This document shows, piece by piece, positions 1-13,900 of a DNA stretch of 64,000 nucleotides. Source of the stretch: Nageia nagi (taxonomy: Eukaryota > Plantae > Pinophyta); the NCBI GenBank assembly GCA_050084985.1, contig JBITNC010000001.1, positions 120,094,001-120,158,000 of the forward strand. The letters run 5' to 3'. Made by a program: the position numbers and the translations under genes. How positions within the stretch are numbered: the first letter of the stretch is position 1; each line of letters opens with the position of its first letter. The notes beneath the pieces are model-generated. The model searched no databases. It saw only the letters and a program-made list of their open reading frames with translations, and had not been told where the DNA came from.

Positions 1-225
1 GTTATAGGTTTAAAGTGTGAGAGAGAGAAGAGATTTTGTAAGAGAGGTCTTTGAGAATAAGAAGATCATAGTTAATGGACATACTCCCAAGGAGGGAGGA
101 AACACTTTATATCTTATGTTATTTTTGTGATTGGCTTTAGTTATTGTGCTATTATGTTGATGTTGAAAGTGCCTTCTTGAGATCTTGGAGATAAGAAGTT
201 AATTCATAAAGGGTTAATTTCTTCA
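1..225 (+). mobile_element. LTR-like fragment, related to the solo LTR at ~4242-4936, fused directly to the middle of a gypsy RT
   Basis: Shares blocks with 4690-4895 (agagat(t/c)ttgtaagagag; ggaggaa(a/c)cactttatatctt; gagatcttgg). RT-like codons start immediately after it. Confidence 0.5.
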
Positions 226-2908
226 AGTTCACTTATTATTTTGATGCCAAAAAAAGATAGATGATGGAGAATGTGTATTAACTATATGAATAATTTGAAT
301 AAAATAACCATAAAGAATTGTTATCCATTACCTCGAATAGATGATCTTATGGATCAATTACAAGGGTTAAGATATTTCACCCAAGTTGGACCTAAAGAGT
401 AGGTATCATTAAGTGATAATTAAAGAGGAGGATATTTGGAAGATTGACTTCAAGACAAGATAATGTATATATCAATGTTTAGTTTTACCTTTTGGGTTAT
501 GTAATGCACCTACCACCTTCATGATGGTGATGAATGACGTTCTTATACCATATATTGATTCTTTTATTATTGTTTTACTTGATGATATTATGTTCTATAG
601 TATTGCTTGGAAATATAATTTAGTACATCCTAGATAAGTGCTTCAAACATTACAAAGTAAAAAACTATTTTTGAAGCAAAGAAAGTGTGATTTTGGTAAG
701 CAATCTTTAGTGTACTTAGGACATGTCATTAGTGAAGGATAACTTAAGATATATATTAAGAAGACTAGAGCCATTTTGGAGTGATTAATGCCTAGAAATG
801 TGATTGAAATAAGGAGTTTTCTAAGATATATTTAATACCTTATAAAGTTTATAGTTGATATTTACACTATTGCTTCACTTTTGTTTGACATTATAGGAGA
901 GAAGAGATAGAGTTTTATGTGGAAAAGTGGAAACAAACGTCATTTGATTTGCTAAAGTAAAATATCATCAATGCACTTATTTTGGCACTCCTTAATTTGT
1001 AATAGCCATTTTAAATTGAGACTAATGCTAATAAGTATGCCATAGGGGCAGTTTTGATGCAAGGAATAAGACCTATTTGCTACCATTCCAAAAAGTTTAG
1101 TGGGGAAATTTTTAACTATCTTGCATATGATAAGGAATTGTATGCATTGGTTCATGCAATGAAGAAATAGAAGCATTACTTAATGGGTAAGGAGACAATG
1201 ATTCATATTTATCATTAGCCATTATAGTATTTGCAAACTCAATCTAAGTTTCAATAAGAAAGTCACTTTAGATGGATGTAGAGGTTTTTGCAAAAATTTC
1301 ATCTAATCATAAAATACAATAAAGGTAATACCAATAAAATTATCGATTGCTTTCTAGACCTCCAATTACATCAAAAATGATGTTGACACCCTTTTTCTTT
1401 GAAACCATAATGCTTACATTGTTCCAATAGTATAATATAACTTTTCTAACTATCATGAAATTTTATCCATTTATCTATAACATATTTCCTAAAGCATACA
1501 TGCATGATGTAGACTTTGGAGAGGTATGTTAGAAGCTAAAATAATCATCTACACTAGATTGTGAAGGTATGGATGAATTTCACATTAAGGATGGAGTTTA
1601 TTTATAAGTATAATTCTCTATGTGTTCCTAGAGGGAAAATAATTTAGTTGGACATTTTAGGATTTTTAAGACAATTGCAAATTCGCAAAGGTATGTATAT
1701 TGGCCAAAAATGCAAGAGCAAGTTGCCAAGTATATAACAGGGTATGTGATGTGTTGCATTAACAAACCTAGCAATAGGAAATTGTATTTATATCAACCAC
1801 TTCCAATTCCTAATCATCCTTGGGAGAGTATTTCAATGGATTTTATAGTAGTTTTCCTATATAAAGAAGAGACATACTATTTATTTATGATTATTGATAG
1901 ATTTAGTAAGATGTGTATACTAATTTCATGTAAGAATACTGTAACGAGTCAAGAAGCTACAAAAATTTTATTTGCTCATGTATGGGTTCATTTTAGTTTA
2001 CTTAAATCTATTATTTAATATATAGATTTAATATTTTTGGGTAAATTTATACTTGTTTATGGGATAAGATGGATACTAGGTTGAAAAGAGTACTGCTTTT
2101 TATCCTCAAATAGATGGGAAAACTAAAGTAGTGAATAGAAAAATAGTATAGTTGTTAAGGGGTTATTGTGGTAAACATTTGAAGTTTTAGGATGAGCATT
2201 TATATTTATTCAGCATTCTTACAATAGGGAAATTCATACCTCTACAAATAAAACTCCATTTGAAACTTATTTTGGGTATTTACACCCATCTCCTTTTGAT
2301 TATGTTTTTGGGTAGCAAATGGTTAATAGTATTTCAATTGTGAAAGAAGAAAACAAAGTTAAAAAATTCATTGATAAGATAAGGTAGGTTCATTTGAAAT
2401 TCCAAAGAAACTCCAAGCTAGCCAATCCAAGTATAAATTAAGGCATGACAAGCATAAGTTTGACTATAAGTTTCAAGTGGGAGATCAAGTTTGGTTGCAT
2501 CTTAATAAGGATAGGTTGCAAGGATCAATTAGAATATTAAAATAATAAGTTATGGACCATTTAGTATTGTGAAACAAGTAAGTGAAAATGCATTTAGATT
2601 GGATCTACCTACCTACATGAATATCTATTATGTTGTGAATGTGAAGAACTTGATGTTATTTGAGCCATCCATGTTGACTAAAGAATAACAATGAATAAGT
2701 TAGGTTTTCCCATTTGTTGATGACTTATATAAAATATAATAAATGATCTTGGGGAAGATTCAATTTTGTAAAAGAAGTTTTTGTATTACTAGAAGGGGTG
2801 AGCAAGAAATATGGTTGTTGTGTTGAAGGGCCAAAATGCCTACTAAAGCTAAGTGGTATGATGAAGATAATGTAGGGGAATTGGTTCCTCATCTTATCCA
2901 TAGTTAGG
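221..2908 (+). pseudogene. Decayed Ty3/gypsy pol (RT, RNase H, integrase, chromodomain-like tail)
   Basis: Reads [45 protein letters not shown] and LLDD (RT), then PWESISMDFI and IIDRFSKM (INT, ORF 1710-2018) and YGPFSIVKQVSENAFRLDLP. Many stops and frameshifts. Confidence 0.9.
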
Positions 2909-2942
2909 CATCTAGTGATTCAAATTGATCAATTTGGAAGTT

Positions 2943-3675
2943 TGATCATCTATGAGCCAGATGTTAGTATACAAGAGATCTCTATGCCCGAAATAAGATA
3001 TACTTTAGTACTTTAGTGTGTTGGATTCGATAGAATGAACAACGTTGAAATTGTTAAGAATAAAAGTAGGGCACTAACATCATTCCAAGGTATCTAACAT
3101 CATTTTGTAGAGATAATTAAAGTGAGGAACTAAATGATTAAGATTGTTTCAATTACATATTATTCATTTTGGAAGGTATTTTATTAGTTTGAGGTGGTTT
3201 TTCATTGGTTAATGTCTATATTTCTTCTATTGGAATCCATTGTTCAAGGTTATTAATGAGTTATTAATGTATTTACTATTGTTAAAACCATTGTATACTA
3301 TTGTTAACAGATTTTGGTGGCTCCATTGATGATTTTTTGAAGGTTAGAGTATTGCAGAAGTGAAAAGGAGGCTTGTAGATTGTACATTATAGTGCTACTC
3401 CATTTGTCATTGTATTTCCATAAAATGTACTTGGAGTTATGATTTTCTCTATATTGGCCAATACTTTTAGAGCACCATTAAATTGAATGTACTCTCACAC
3501 TAAGAGGAACTAATATAAATCCTTATGTATCATTGATTTTGTGTGTGTATGCATTTTAATTATTGTATTTTCATTTCCAAGTTTCAATATTATGTAATAT
3601 TACATACGCAAGATTAAATGTGAGCAATAAAATAAGTAAATATGTATTTAAAGATCTAAGTAAGCCATAGGCTTA
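2943..3675 (+). mobile_element. Probable 3' LTR of the gypsy element
   Basis: Starts TGATC after a PPT-like caatttggaagtt, resembling the caatggggagatg|tgatcc junction of the gypsy at 24934-29960. Non-coding; the 3' end is not sharply defined. Confidence 0.45.
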
Positions 3676-3865
3676 CTGGAGGTAGTTGGATTAAAGTTGA
3701 CAAAAGGTGCATGCTTTTCCTATGGGAGATAGATCAAAACCATAAACATATGAGATCTATGGAAAATTGGAGGAATCATTTACAGAGATGATGGTAATGG
3801 GGCATATTCCAAATACAATGCATATGTTACATGATGTGGAGGATAACAATAAAGAATTGCTTATA
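3676..3865 (+). pseudogene. PPR E+/start-of-DYW domain fragment
   Basis: Translates (one frameshift, one stop) as GGSWIKVDKR/VHAFPMGDRSKP*TYEIYGKLEESFTEMMVMGHIPNTMHMLHDVEDNNKE, matching the PG-box/E+ consensus of organellar RNA-editing PPR proteins. Confidence 0.8.
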
Positions 3866-4039
3866 TTTGGGATATTATTGATAATAAAAGTAATGAAATA
3901 TCTAAAGACTCTTACATAATGATATGGTGCATGCTTTTAGATTTCATTGGTAAAAAGAAACATATTTCATTTCATTTATTTCAAAAAGTATCATTAATAA
4001 ATATTGTACAAATAGACAATATTATTGATTGTTGACATC

Positions 4040-5540
4040 ATATTGTGCCACCATGGGAGGTTTAAATGAAGGTATGGGCATACATCAAAGAGAATTTAAA
4101 ATGGTTTTTCATCGAACATTTTGGTTTTGAATGCCCTAATATACATGTATGCAAAATGTACAAGAATACAAAGGACTAAGAATTATTCAATAATATGCAT
4201 TAAGAAAATACAACTTTATAGAAAATAATGATTATAGGATATGTGTTGTTAATGTATATTATACTTAGGTATAATATTTACTCAAGTTTACTAGGATATT
4301 AGGGATTATATTTTTGTTCTCTTTTAGTTTATCTTTTTCCTAATTTCTTTATGGTTCTAACAAATTCTTGTTATGAATCCTTGCATGTATATTGTGTTGG
4401 AATGTATAATGCATTATTGTAAGGTTTTGTAATGTTCCTTTTTGTAAATTCACTAATACTTAATGGTATCCCTAGATAACTTAAGTATTTAAGTGAATAT
4501 GATAATGTAACTTGTCCTACACTCCATCTCATGTGCATGCCCCTTGGGTAAAAGGGTGAAGCATGCCATGCCTTTGTACAATGGTTAAAAGGGTGATTTA
4601 AAGGGGGATTTTGGACTATAAATAGAAGGCTCCCTCTTTGTGATCAATCACCAAATTGTAAAGCAAAGTTATTCTCTAGGATAGTGATTAGGAGATGTAG
4701 AAAGAGATCTTGTAAGAGAGTTGTATTTGTGAATGAAGAAAGATCTTAGATAGTGGATGTAATCCTAGTTGGAGGAACCACTTTATATCTTGCATCAATT
4801 TGTGAGATTGTTATGCTTTGAGTAAATTGATGTTTAAGTGAACTTACAAGAGATCTTGGTAGTTTAGGATTGATTTATTTAAGGTTACAATCCTTCATAT
4901 TGTGCACCTTGGCTATTTATTCATGGTGCTATCACATATAAATTTAATCAAATTAATTTGTTTAAGCTTCTCTCTTATTGTTGTTGTAGTGTTATGCAAT
5001 TATTTAATCTTGGATCTGAAATAATGCTTTTGCATTTTGTCATTAGTTCTTTCATGTATAATATTTTTATTTCTAGAAAGGCCTTATGAAGTTTTAAATA
5101 AAGGTAATTATTAGGTCTAAAAACAACTCTATAAACTTTGTTAGTATTATTTTAGCATATGCCATTGTGGGAAATCAAGAAGAGGCTATGGAAATCTATC
5201 AAAGACTAGTTTAAAATGGATTTCCATCTAACATTATGATTGTGAATTCCCTATTAAACATGTATATATAATATGGGAGAATACATAAGGCATACCTCAA
5301 ACTCCTCCTCTCATGCAAATTAGAAAGTTTGATTTTGTTGCAGGAACTAAATCTGGCAACATAAACTTTATATGTGTTCTACTTACATACATCCATGTAG
5401 GTCAAGTGGATGAGGGTTGCAATTACTTTAACAACATGAGTGGCTCTTATTGCATTATTCCTAGGATGAATAATTATGCATGCATTTTTGACCTTCTTGG
5501 TCATGTAGGCTAGCTTTAGGAATATTTTAACTTCATTGCC
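4040..5540 (+). pseudogene. PLS-class PPR pseudogene segment interrupted by an LTR
   Basis: CATMGGLNEGMGIHQ, NALIYMYAKC and IMIIGY before the insertion. After it: FICVLLTYIHVGQVDEGCNYFNNMSGSYCIIPRMNNYACIFDLLGHVG (L2/S2 motifs, ORF 5313-5513). Confidence 0.85.
4242..4936 (+). mobile_element. Probable solo LTR inserted in the PPR pseudogene
   Basis: TG...CA ends (tgtgtt...atcaca), TATA ctataaatag at ~4616, similarity to 1-225, and it interrupts a PPR motif right after IIGY. No clean TSD seen. Confidence 0.5.
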
Positions 5541-5552
5541 AAAATATAAAAT

Positions 5553-7680
5553 CATTACAACTTTATGGTTGCTAAGAATTTCAAATATAAAATCATAAAA
5601 AAACTAACACACTTCTAACTAGGCAATTCGTGCCTTAATCTCTTCAATCTTTTTGTTTTCTATTTCTCTTTAATTCTCTGCAAACTTTACTTCCAATATT
5701 TTCTCTTTTTCCATTGAATTCTTTTGCATGTGGATCAACTTTTGTATGTAAGGAGTGTTATTAAATAGAATTGTTGGAAATACTCCTTTGCTAACACCTT
5801 GAACTCGATTGGATCTTTCAAGTACTAAAACTTGCATGAGGGCATCATCTCAACTATATTGATTTTCATATATTCCAAATGACATTACCTCGTGCAATAT
5901 TTTCTAACATCATCACATGGATATTAAACTAGGAACATGTTAAAAAAAGAATTAATAAAATAATGTTTGATGTTCAGAATATTTGTATTTCCAAGGGAAA
6001 GTCACTTATGATTATCTTTGCAACTTCTAATTAAATAAAAAACCCATCCTTCTTTTATGAGTTTTCATCCACATAGTTTCCCTTGGTAGTGGAGTTTTTT
6101 GCATCTACTGTGCTCTTCCTTTATAATATATATAGTTGGAGAGACATGGGGATAAGCATATTATAAAATAATATAGCTATGTTTGTCACATATAATGGAT
6201 GAGCATGATTGAATAACAATTTATATTCTAGTTGAGCATATCCTTTTCAATATGTGGTGTGGATGATTGATTGGTGATATTTTTTATGTTTGGTTCCTTT
6301 TCCTCACCACCTACAACATAATGAAGAAAATAGTATATAAATTCATTAGGGAGATCAAGGTCTGTAAAATTCACATGAATATAATAATGATTCAAACTAC
6401 CATAGTAGATTAACTAGTACTTGCCTCAAAGCCTCTATTGCTCCTACTATTCATAAAGTCTTCCCAATCTTATTTTAGTATATTAGGTGGAGGATTAGTA
6501 ATTCTATCTATGTCATCATCATATTTATCATATAAATATTTTACAATTCGATGCTTATAATCATGTTATTGCTTACACATGGTATGGGAGATCCATTTAT
6601 TCATTGCATCTAGAATGGTATAATGTTGCCACATCAAACCGATATCTTATTAGATGCAACATTAAATATTCAAAAATGGACACTGTGAAATCCATTGGAT
6701 ATAAAGTTACCTCAATGAATGTCCATAAATGGTTTTTAATTTAATTTGAGATTGCTTTCCAATCTTTATAAATGATAGGGATAATCAACCTCTTAAACAC
6801 CCCAAGTAAGAAATAAACTTATCAAAATTATTACCTGTGGATTGTCCATTTAGATTACAATTGATTTCCACCTTATTTGTATCACTTACCTTTATTACAC
6901 ATCTTGTTGAACCTCTCTTTCTATGATTTACAATTTTGAAGGATGCCAATATTATCATGGCTTCAACACTTATACATTAGGCACCATCCAAATATCATTG
7001 CACCATATTAGTATGACAATAATGAGTAACTAACATCACGAGCAAATTTTATATGTGTTATGCACACCTTATTCAATAATGAAAGCATTTCAACCTTGTC
7101 TCTAGTATGCAAAGCATCTTCAAACTCATTTCTATTATTCTCAATATCCATTTCATCTATGATTTGGATTGCCTGATTATTAGTTTCCTCATTCACCATA
7201 CTCCATAGCTTATATCTTTTAGTAGTTGCTATAATACACCATAGTAAACAACAAAACCATGATCAATTCCAAAATAGACATGTCAAACACTATTGAATAA
7301 TAATATCAATTTTTAAGTACATTTCGACATATGAGGACTTTATCAATGACTTCTAATCATGTGTTGGCTTTCTTTTTTTTTTTGTAGATATTGCCTCTCT
7401 TAATATTGTACAAATACACCATAAAAACTAAATAGATACAAATAACCCACAATGAAAGACTATGCATACAAAATTGCAAAACTACTAATGAAATAATCTA
7501 ACCTTCTCCATTAGGTATAAAATGTTTACACAACAATTGATTACTATGCAAGAATTCAAGTAATTAAGTCAAGAATGATGTCCAACTTATCAAATCTTAT
7601 AACTATAAGCACATATCAACATTGAAAAATAACATAGCATGAACATATAACACATTTATTCAATATAGAACTTGTAGGAG
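5553..7680 (-). mobile_element. CACTA/En-Spm transposon remnant (TnpA/Ptta-like ORF, decayed)
   Basis: Minus strand ~6940-6780 reads RKRGSTRCVIKVSDTNKVEINCNLNGQSTGNNFDKFISYLG, then YKDWKAI and NPPPNI...DWEDF, typical of En/Spm ORF2-like proteins. Degenerate ends cattacaa (5553) and ttgtagg (~7672) resemble CACTA TIRs; boundaries are uncertain. Confidence 0.55.
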
Positions 7681-7692
7681 TTCTCGCTATAC

Positions 7693-9490
7693 TTGTTTGA
7701 CAAGATGCATGATACAAACACAGTTTCAAGGAATGCAATGATTGGAGGACATGTAATTCATGGGTACAACAAAAATATCTTAAACCTTGTAACCTTTAGT
7801 AACATTATTCTAACATGTTCCACTATGGGAGTTCAAGAAGAATGTATGAACATAGATCAAAGAGTAGTTGAAAATGGGTTTTCATTGAATGTTGTGCTTG
7901 TGAATTCCCTAATATACATGTATGCAAAATGTGGAAGAATACATAAGGCCAATATTTATTTGACAAGATGCATTATGCAAGCACAATTTCATGAAGTATA
8001 ATAAAAATAAGATATGTACAAAATAGATTTTCTAAAAAGGCCTTGCAAACTTTTAGCAGATAAAATTATCAAGCATAAAACAAAACTCTGTAACCTTTTC
8101 CAACATTCTTCCAACATGTTCCATCATGGGAGCTCAAGAATAAGGTATGGATATCCATCAAAGACTAGTTAAAAAAGAGTTTTAATTGAATGTTATGATT
8201 TTGAATGCACTGATAGATTTGTATGCAAAATGTGGAAGAATACACAAGGGTAAGTAATTGTTTGACAAGATACATGATGTAAACATATTTTCATGGACTA
8301 TAATAATTGCAAGATATATAAAAATTGGATTTTCTAAAAAGTCCCTATAGAATTTTTAGTAGTTGTAATTGTTAGATGCAAAACCAAACTTTATAATCTT
8401 TACTAGCATTCTTCCAACATGTGCCACCATGGGAGCTCTAGAAGAAGGTATGGACATCCATCAAAGTTTAAAATCGATTTTCATCAAATGTTGTGGTTGT
8501 GAATTCTTTGATAGACTTGTATGCAAAATGTGGAAGAATACATAATGGTTGAGAATTATTTTACAAGATGCATGATGCAAACATAATTTCATAGACTATA
8601 ATGACCATATAATATGCACATAATGGATTTTCTAAAAAGTACCTATAAAAATTTTAGCACATGAAATTGTGAGGAGTAAAACCAAACTCTATAACCTTTG
8701 TCACCATTCTTCCAACATGTACCACCATGGGAGATTGGGAAGAAGGTATGGAAATCCATTAGAGAGTAGTTAAAAATGGGGTTTCATTGAATGTTGTGGT
8801 TGTGAATGCCCTACTAGACATGTATGCAAAATGTGAAAAGAATACATAAGGGATGAGAATTGTTTGATAAGATGCATGATGGAAACATAGTTTCATTGAC
8901 TGCAATGATAATAGGATATGCACAAAATGTATTTTCTAAAGAGGCATGACAAAATTTTTAAGTAGATGTAATTATCAAGTGTAAAACCAAACTCTATAAC
9001 CTTTATTAGCATTATTCCAACATGTACAATCATAGGAGCTAAGGAAGAAGGTATGTACATTCATTAAATAGTAGTTGAAATGGGTTTTCATTGAATGTTG
9101 TGGTTACGATTACCCTGGTAGACATGTATGCAAAATATGGAAGAATACATAATGGCTAGGAATTGTTAGACAAGATGCATAATGCAAACATAACTTCATC
9201 AACTACAATTATCATAAGATATGCATAAAATAGATTTTCTAAAAAGGCCCTACAAACTTTCATCAACTACAACCAAACTTTGTAACCTTTACCAACATTC
9301 TTCCAGCATGTGCCACCATGGGAGCTTGAGAAGAAGGTATGGACATCCATTAAAGAGTATTTGAAAATGTATTTTCATCAAATATTATGGTTGTGAATGC
9401 CTTGATAGACATGCATGAAAAATGTGAAAGAATAAGTAAGGGACATGATGCATCACAATGTAAATACAATTTCATTGACTGCAAAATGGA
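7693..9490 (+). pseudogene. PLS-class PPR pseudogene: about six tandem ~300-bp P-L-S triplets
   Basis: The marker (t/c)atg(c)aaaatgtggaagaata (MYAKCGRI) recurs at 7921, 8222, 8520, 8823, 9127 and 9414. Motifs LFDKMHD, AMIIGYAQN, KPNSITF, EEGMDIH and NALIDMYAKCG are present, with many stops and frameshifts. Confidence 0.9.
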
Positions 9491-10810
9491 ATGATTTTAC
9501 ACATATTTAGAAGGGTTTCCTCAAGCTCCTCCTCTCTTGATTTCGTATCACAAAATGATTTGGTTATGTAGGCACTTTCACATTAAAAAAAAAAAAATTG
9601 TATTGACTTGCAAGGGCAATGATACATCATCATCATATCATGTTTAAGGGTAGGTATAAATCACCCTCAAAATGTCATCATCGTAGGTATATTAAAGGAT
9701 ATTTTTTAGCTTTCCTTTTAAAAAATATCATTATATCCATATGTAAGTGTGATTATCAGCTTCCATTAAAAAAAAGCCCTTTTCTAGCCGCCCTTAGATG
9801 TCAAATTAGGTTTAGTGATGACTTGTGGTTGCAAATTTTTGTGTAAGTGGATAAAGTCAACATGGAGCTTTAACTTCTTTGCAACTTTATAGACCACTAA
9901 AAATGCTTCTTGCAATGTTAGTCGGGTCCCTTTGGACTTGGCTTCACGAGAATACTCCAAGTCTTATGATTCTTATAGGTCTTACTTTAGAAGATAACCT
10001 CCCACACACACCCTGGCTAATTATATGGAGAGGCATTGATCTCAACCTCCTCCTTTCAAAAAACACATGCATACTAGTGGTACTATATCTTCCCACCATA
10101 ACAATGGTTGGGATGTTCGCCTAATTACCTTTGATCCAGTTGTTGGTTGGGAAGATGAAGGCAACGCTCCTACCTTTGGTGACATTAATGACCATGGTAT
10201 ACTAAGCAATGAGGGCCGTGATGATGGTGGCTTTGGAAACAGTATAAGGGGTAATAGATCAAGCACCAATGCAAATAATGGGTGGTATGTTCCTATTCCA
10301 CCTAATAATGGTTGATAATATCTTACCGAGAACAAGGACCCTTCGCACACCTTCCCAAATTTAATGATTATGAAAACTAATTGACTCCGTTTTTGAAAAG
10401 ATTTTATTATATTTGTTTTTAGATTTTGTTTACTTATCCACTTAAAAGAATGTAACTACCAATGGAAGTATGTTTAATCCACCAATTTTTGTATATATAT
10501 ATATATATATTTATTAAGTTTATGATTAAAAGAATTATTATTTTTATCAATACCTTTTTATGTTAACAAGTATCTCGGCCGATAAAATCAGTCCTAGTTA
10601 CCAGTAATATCAGTCCTTTTTACACATGGCAGCTCTTCAACTTGTGAATTGGATCTCAACACGGACTCTATATCCTCCAGATTCTCTTGCGTAAATTTTG
10701 ACACATTTTGCAATTCCTGAGTTGTGCGGCTGCAATTCCCGAATTCCCAGAAAAAAATTGGGAAGAAAGTTGTCGGGAAAAGTTGGGAAGAAAGTGGTCG
10801 GAAAAGTAAG

Positions 10811-10996
10811 ATGGCTGAGATGGATGATACGATAGACATTCAGCTCATGAAGCGAGATGAAGTAATTCAGGCACATATTCAACCAGAAATGTTCTTGAAG
10901 TCGGCCTCTGATCATTTACATCAACATCATGTCGTGCCTCATACGATCGAATGTGGGTGCTGCTGTATTGATTCCCAATTCGAAAAGATGGTGCAG
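10811..10996 (+). CDS. RNF216-like exon 1 (MAEMDD...IECGCCCIDSQFEKMVQ)
   Basis: First ATG after an in-frame TGA at 10718; donor CAG|GTACC. An upstream exon using ttcccag at 10750 cannot be excluded. Confidence 0.8.
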
Positions 10997-13900
10997 GTAC
11001 CCGTTTCAAAATTGATTGCTGTATGTGAGAATGATTTACTGTTCATCAATTTTAACTTACAGGAGACATTTCATATATTATTGCAAGCACGCCATCTGAA
11101 GCATCGTGTACGTTTTCGCCATCTAAGAGAGACTGGCAGGGACGTCCTATGGATGGGGAGTCCTATTTTTGCAAAAAATTTAAACCGATGGGGAAAATGG
11201 GAGAAATTTGGATGAGATGAATCAGCTTAATATGTTAATTTGGTATTTATTGAGGGAAAGTTATAGATTGAGCAATTTGGCAAAACTGATTTTATGCAGG
11301 GTTCATTATTTTTAGCGCCTTTTTCTTCCTGAATTTCCCTCTGCTAAATTTTAGGGTGTTTTGAAGTTTAGGAGAATATTCTAATAGTGTGGTTCCATGG
11401 AAGGGTGCTTCTATTTTGTCTAACCTTGGTCTTCTGCACAATTTGAGTAGGTTTACTTTTAAATTCTGCTTCTGTGGAAAAATGTTATCTATTGGTTAGG
11501 TTAATATGATGAAATGACTTAAATCTTAATTTTAAATCTGAACCCTTCCAATTCAGTAAAGAATTTAAAGATCCATTTAGGATTGAGCCATTTGCAGCTG
11601 TCTGATTACCCACCCTTTAATATTTTTATCATTAGAAAAGTTTAGGATTGAGTCACTTGGCAGAACAATATTTGTAGTGCACCTTACTTGTAGCCGCCTT
11701 CTTACCCATTCTTTAAAATTCATCTCTTAAAACTGTACGATCTCTTAAAATTGATGAAAAATTCCAAAATATTCCATGAAGATTTTTTCTGAATGAGATT
11801 GTTATTTCTAAATCTGTGTAGCAGCCTTCATGGGACCGCCCCATATTTTTTTTTCAAGCTGGAAGGGAATTGAGGGAAATCCCAACATCGATTCACTTGG
11901 CAAAAATGATTATTAGCAGTGCTTCTTATTTTTAGCCCCTCCCTGTTCACCTCTTAATTTCCATCTCCTAAATTATAGGGGTTTCTGAAAAAGAGCTGAA
12001 AATTATAGATTGTTTAAAGCTGAAAACTGTCTAAAGTTTTTCTTGGAGTTGCATGAGACAGCACCGTAAGTACTCTTCACTATGTTAAAAACTGCGGTTC
12101 ATTCGGTGGGATATCACTTGACCTTTTGAATGTTAAGAATATGATGCTTATGCTCACCAGGTGTGGTATTTCACTTCAGTTATCCCAAAACAAAAAATAA
12201 AACCGGTGAATACTGCATGGTGCTCTAACAGTGACCATCCTCCGCAAAATTTCTCCATGCTACAATTATGTGTTCTGGTCTTCTTTTCTTGGTAGTTTTT
12301 ATAAAAATTGTAATTAAAATACATTATTTGAAGTTGGAATTGATGCTTTACGAACCCAAAATATAACTGAACAAAAACTTTTGGAAAACATTAAAAACAA
12401 TTCAGTTAATTCTTTTACTGAATCAAGTATTTACTGTGTATATGCTGGTGCAAAAAGTATAGGAAAGACAAAGAAAAGAAAAATTAGCTAGGACAGAAAG
12501 TGTTAGGAAAGATACAACAATTCGTTTAAAAACTAACATTGTACTTAACAACAATATATAGTATATATATACATTGTACTTAACAACAAAATTTATATAT
12601 ATATAGCCTATAATGCGAGTTAGTAACTTAAAATTCGGTTTTAAGTAACATCTGCTTATTTTCAGCTCCCCTTTCCACCACCATTCACATGACTTTTTAG
12701 TAGGACAGTTTTTTGTTTACAAATATGGAAAAAAATATTCATGGGGCCCTTTGCACCTGCTTATTCTAGAATTAGATGCCTTAGAAAGTGCCCGTGGGAT
12801 ACCCCTCAAGAACTAAAATGAAATTCTAATGAAGTGATCACCCTAATGTTGATCATGCTAAAAAAAATCTCAACTGGCCCTTTAAATGGGAATTCTAAAT
12901 TGGAAAAAATTATGTGATAGTTATTATATTAAACTATGCTCCAAACACATGTTTGAATTGGAAAATGATGTGGTAAGTGATATTGTTTGGTAAGGGTAAA
13001 TTTATAATGCCGTTTTTTTATACAGGACCCAAAACCTGTATTTACAAAATTTTACATGATTTTCATTATAGTATCAAAATGTAGCAGCATTACATATAAC
13101 ATCCTATGCATCCTAGTTTGATGAACATGGGGTATTAATCTTACTACGGATACTAGAGGTCTCTCCAAACACCATTATTTGCACATTGTTGTCCAAGTCA
13201 ATTGTCCTATGGCCTACAATTGGGTTTGTTTGCTCAGATCCATGAAGACCCACATGGTCATCATTTTCGCCTGAGTGAAGTCCTTTTCCTCATGCAATGG
13301 TTTCCCCAAGGGAACGCCCTCCAAATTTGTCATAGCTATCGTCATCACCCAACATTTTGATCTTATTTTCCTTTTTGCATATTCCTCATCGAAAGTGGAT
13401 CTGTTTTGCTTTCTGAGGGCTCTGAACCATTCCTAGTTTGATCCCATGCAAAATGTCATCTTTTTGAATAAGTATTGAAATCCCTTTTGGAAAGCTTCTT
13501 GCTCTGGACTTCCATAGGTTCATAGTGTACAGGGTCATTCTTGTTGTCGAAGCTCTCATAGCTTGATGAAACCCACCTATGATTGTGGTTTTTCCCTTTG
13601 AATTGAACATCCTCCTACTCAGATGGTTATGGGGTTCGTACAGGGGATACCTTAGCTACTTCATTCCATGGGTAGGCAATTAATCCATCATATATCCAAA
13701 CCTCTTTTTGGCCAACATTTTCTCCTTAGGTCCTCAAATTTTTTGAACATCCTTCTTGGTTGCCCTAATCTATCTGGAGTGCTCTATGCCTGAGTTCCTC
13801 ATCCTGGTGGTGGCTGCAATCAGCTTTTGTGTTGATCACAAATTGGGTGCCATCTAAGATCACCCTTCGTCCCATGATTATGCAACTTGGCAGGACCAGC

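Noticed and set aside
7693-9490. Functional PPR gene with stops repaired by RNA editing
   Set aside because: There are numerous frameshifts as well as stops, and it is a nuclear locus. The pattern fits mutational decay.
10724-11215. 163-aa single-exon ORF
   Set aside because: Only 10811-10996 is coding. RING1 continues in exon 2 at 19799, and the remainder is read-through into intron 1.
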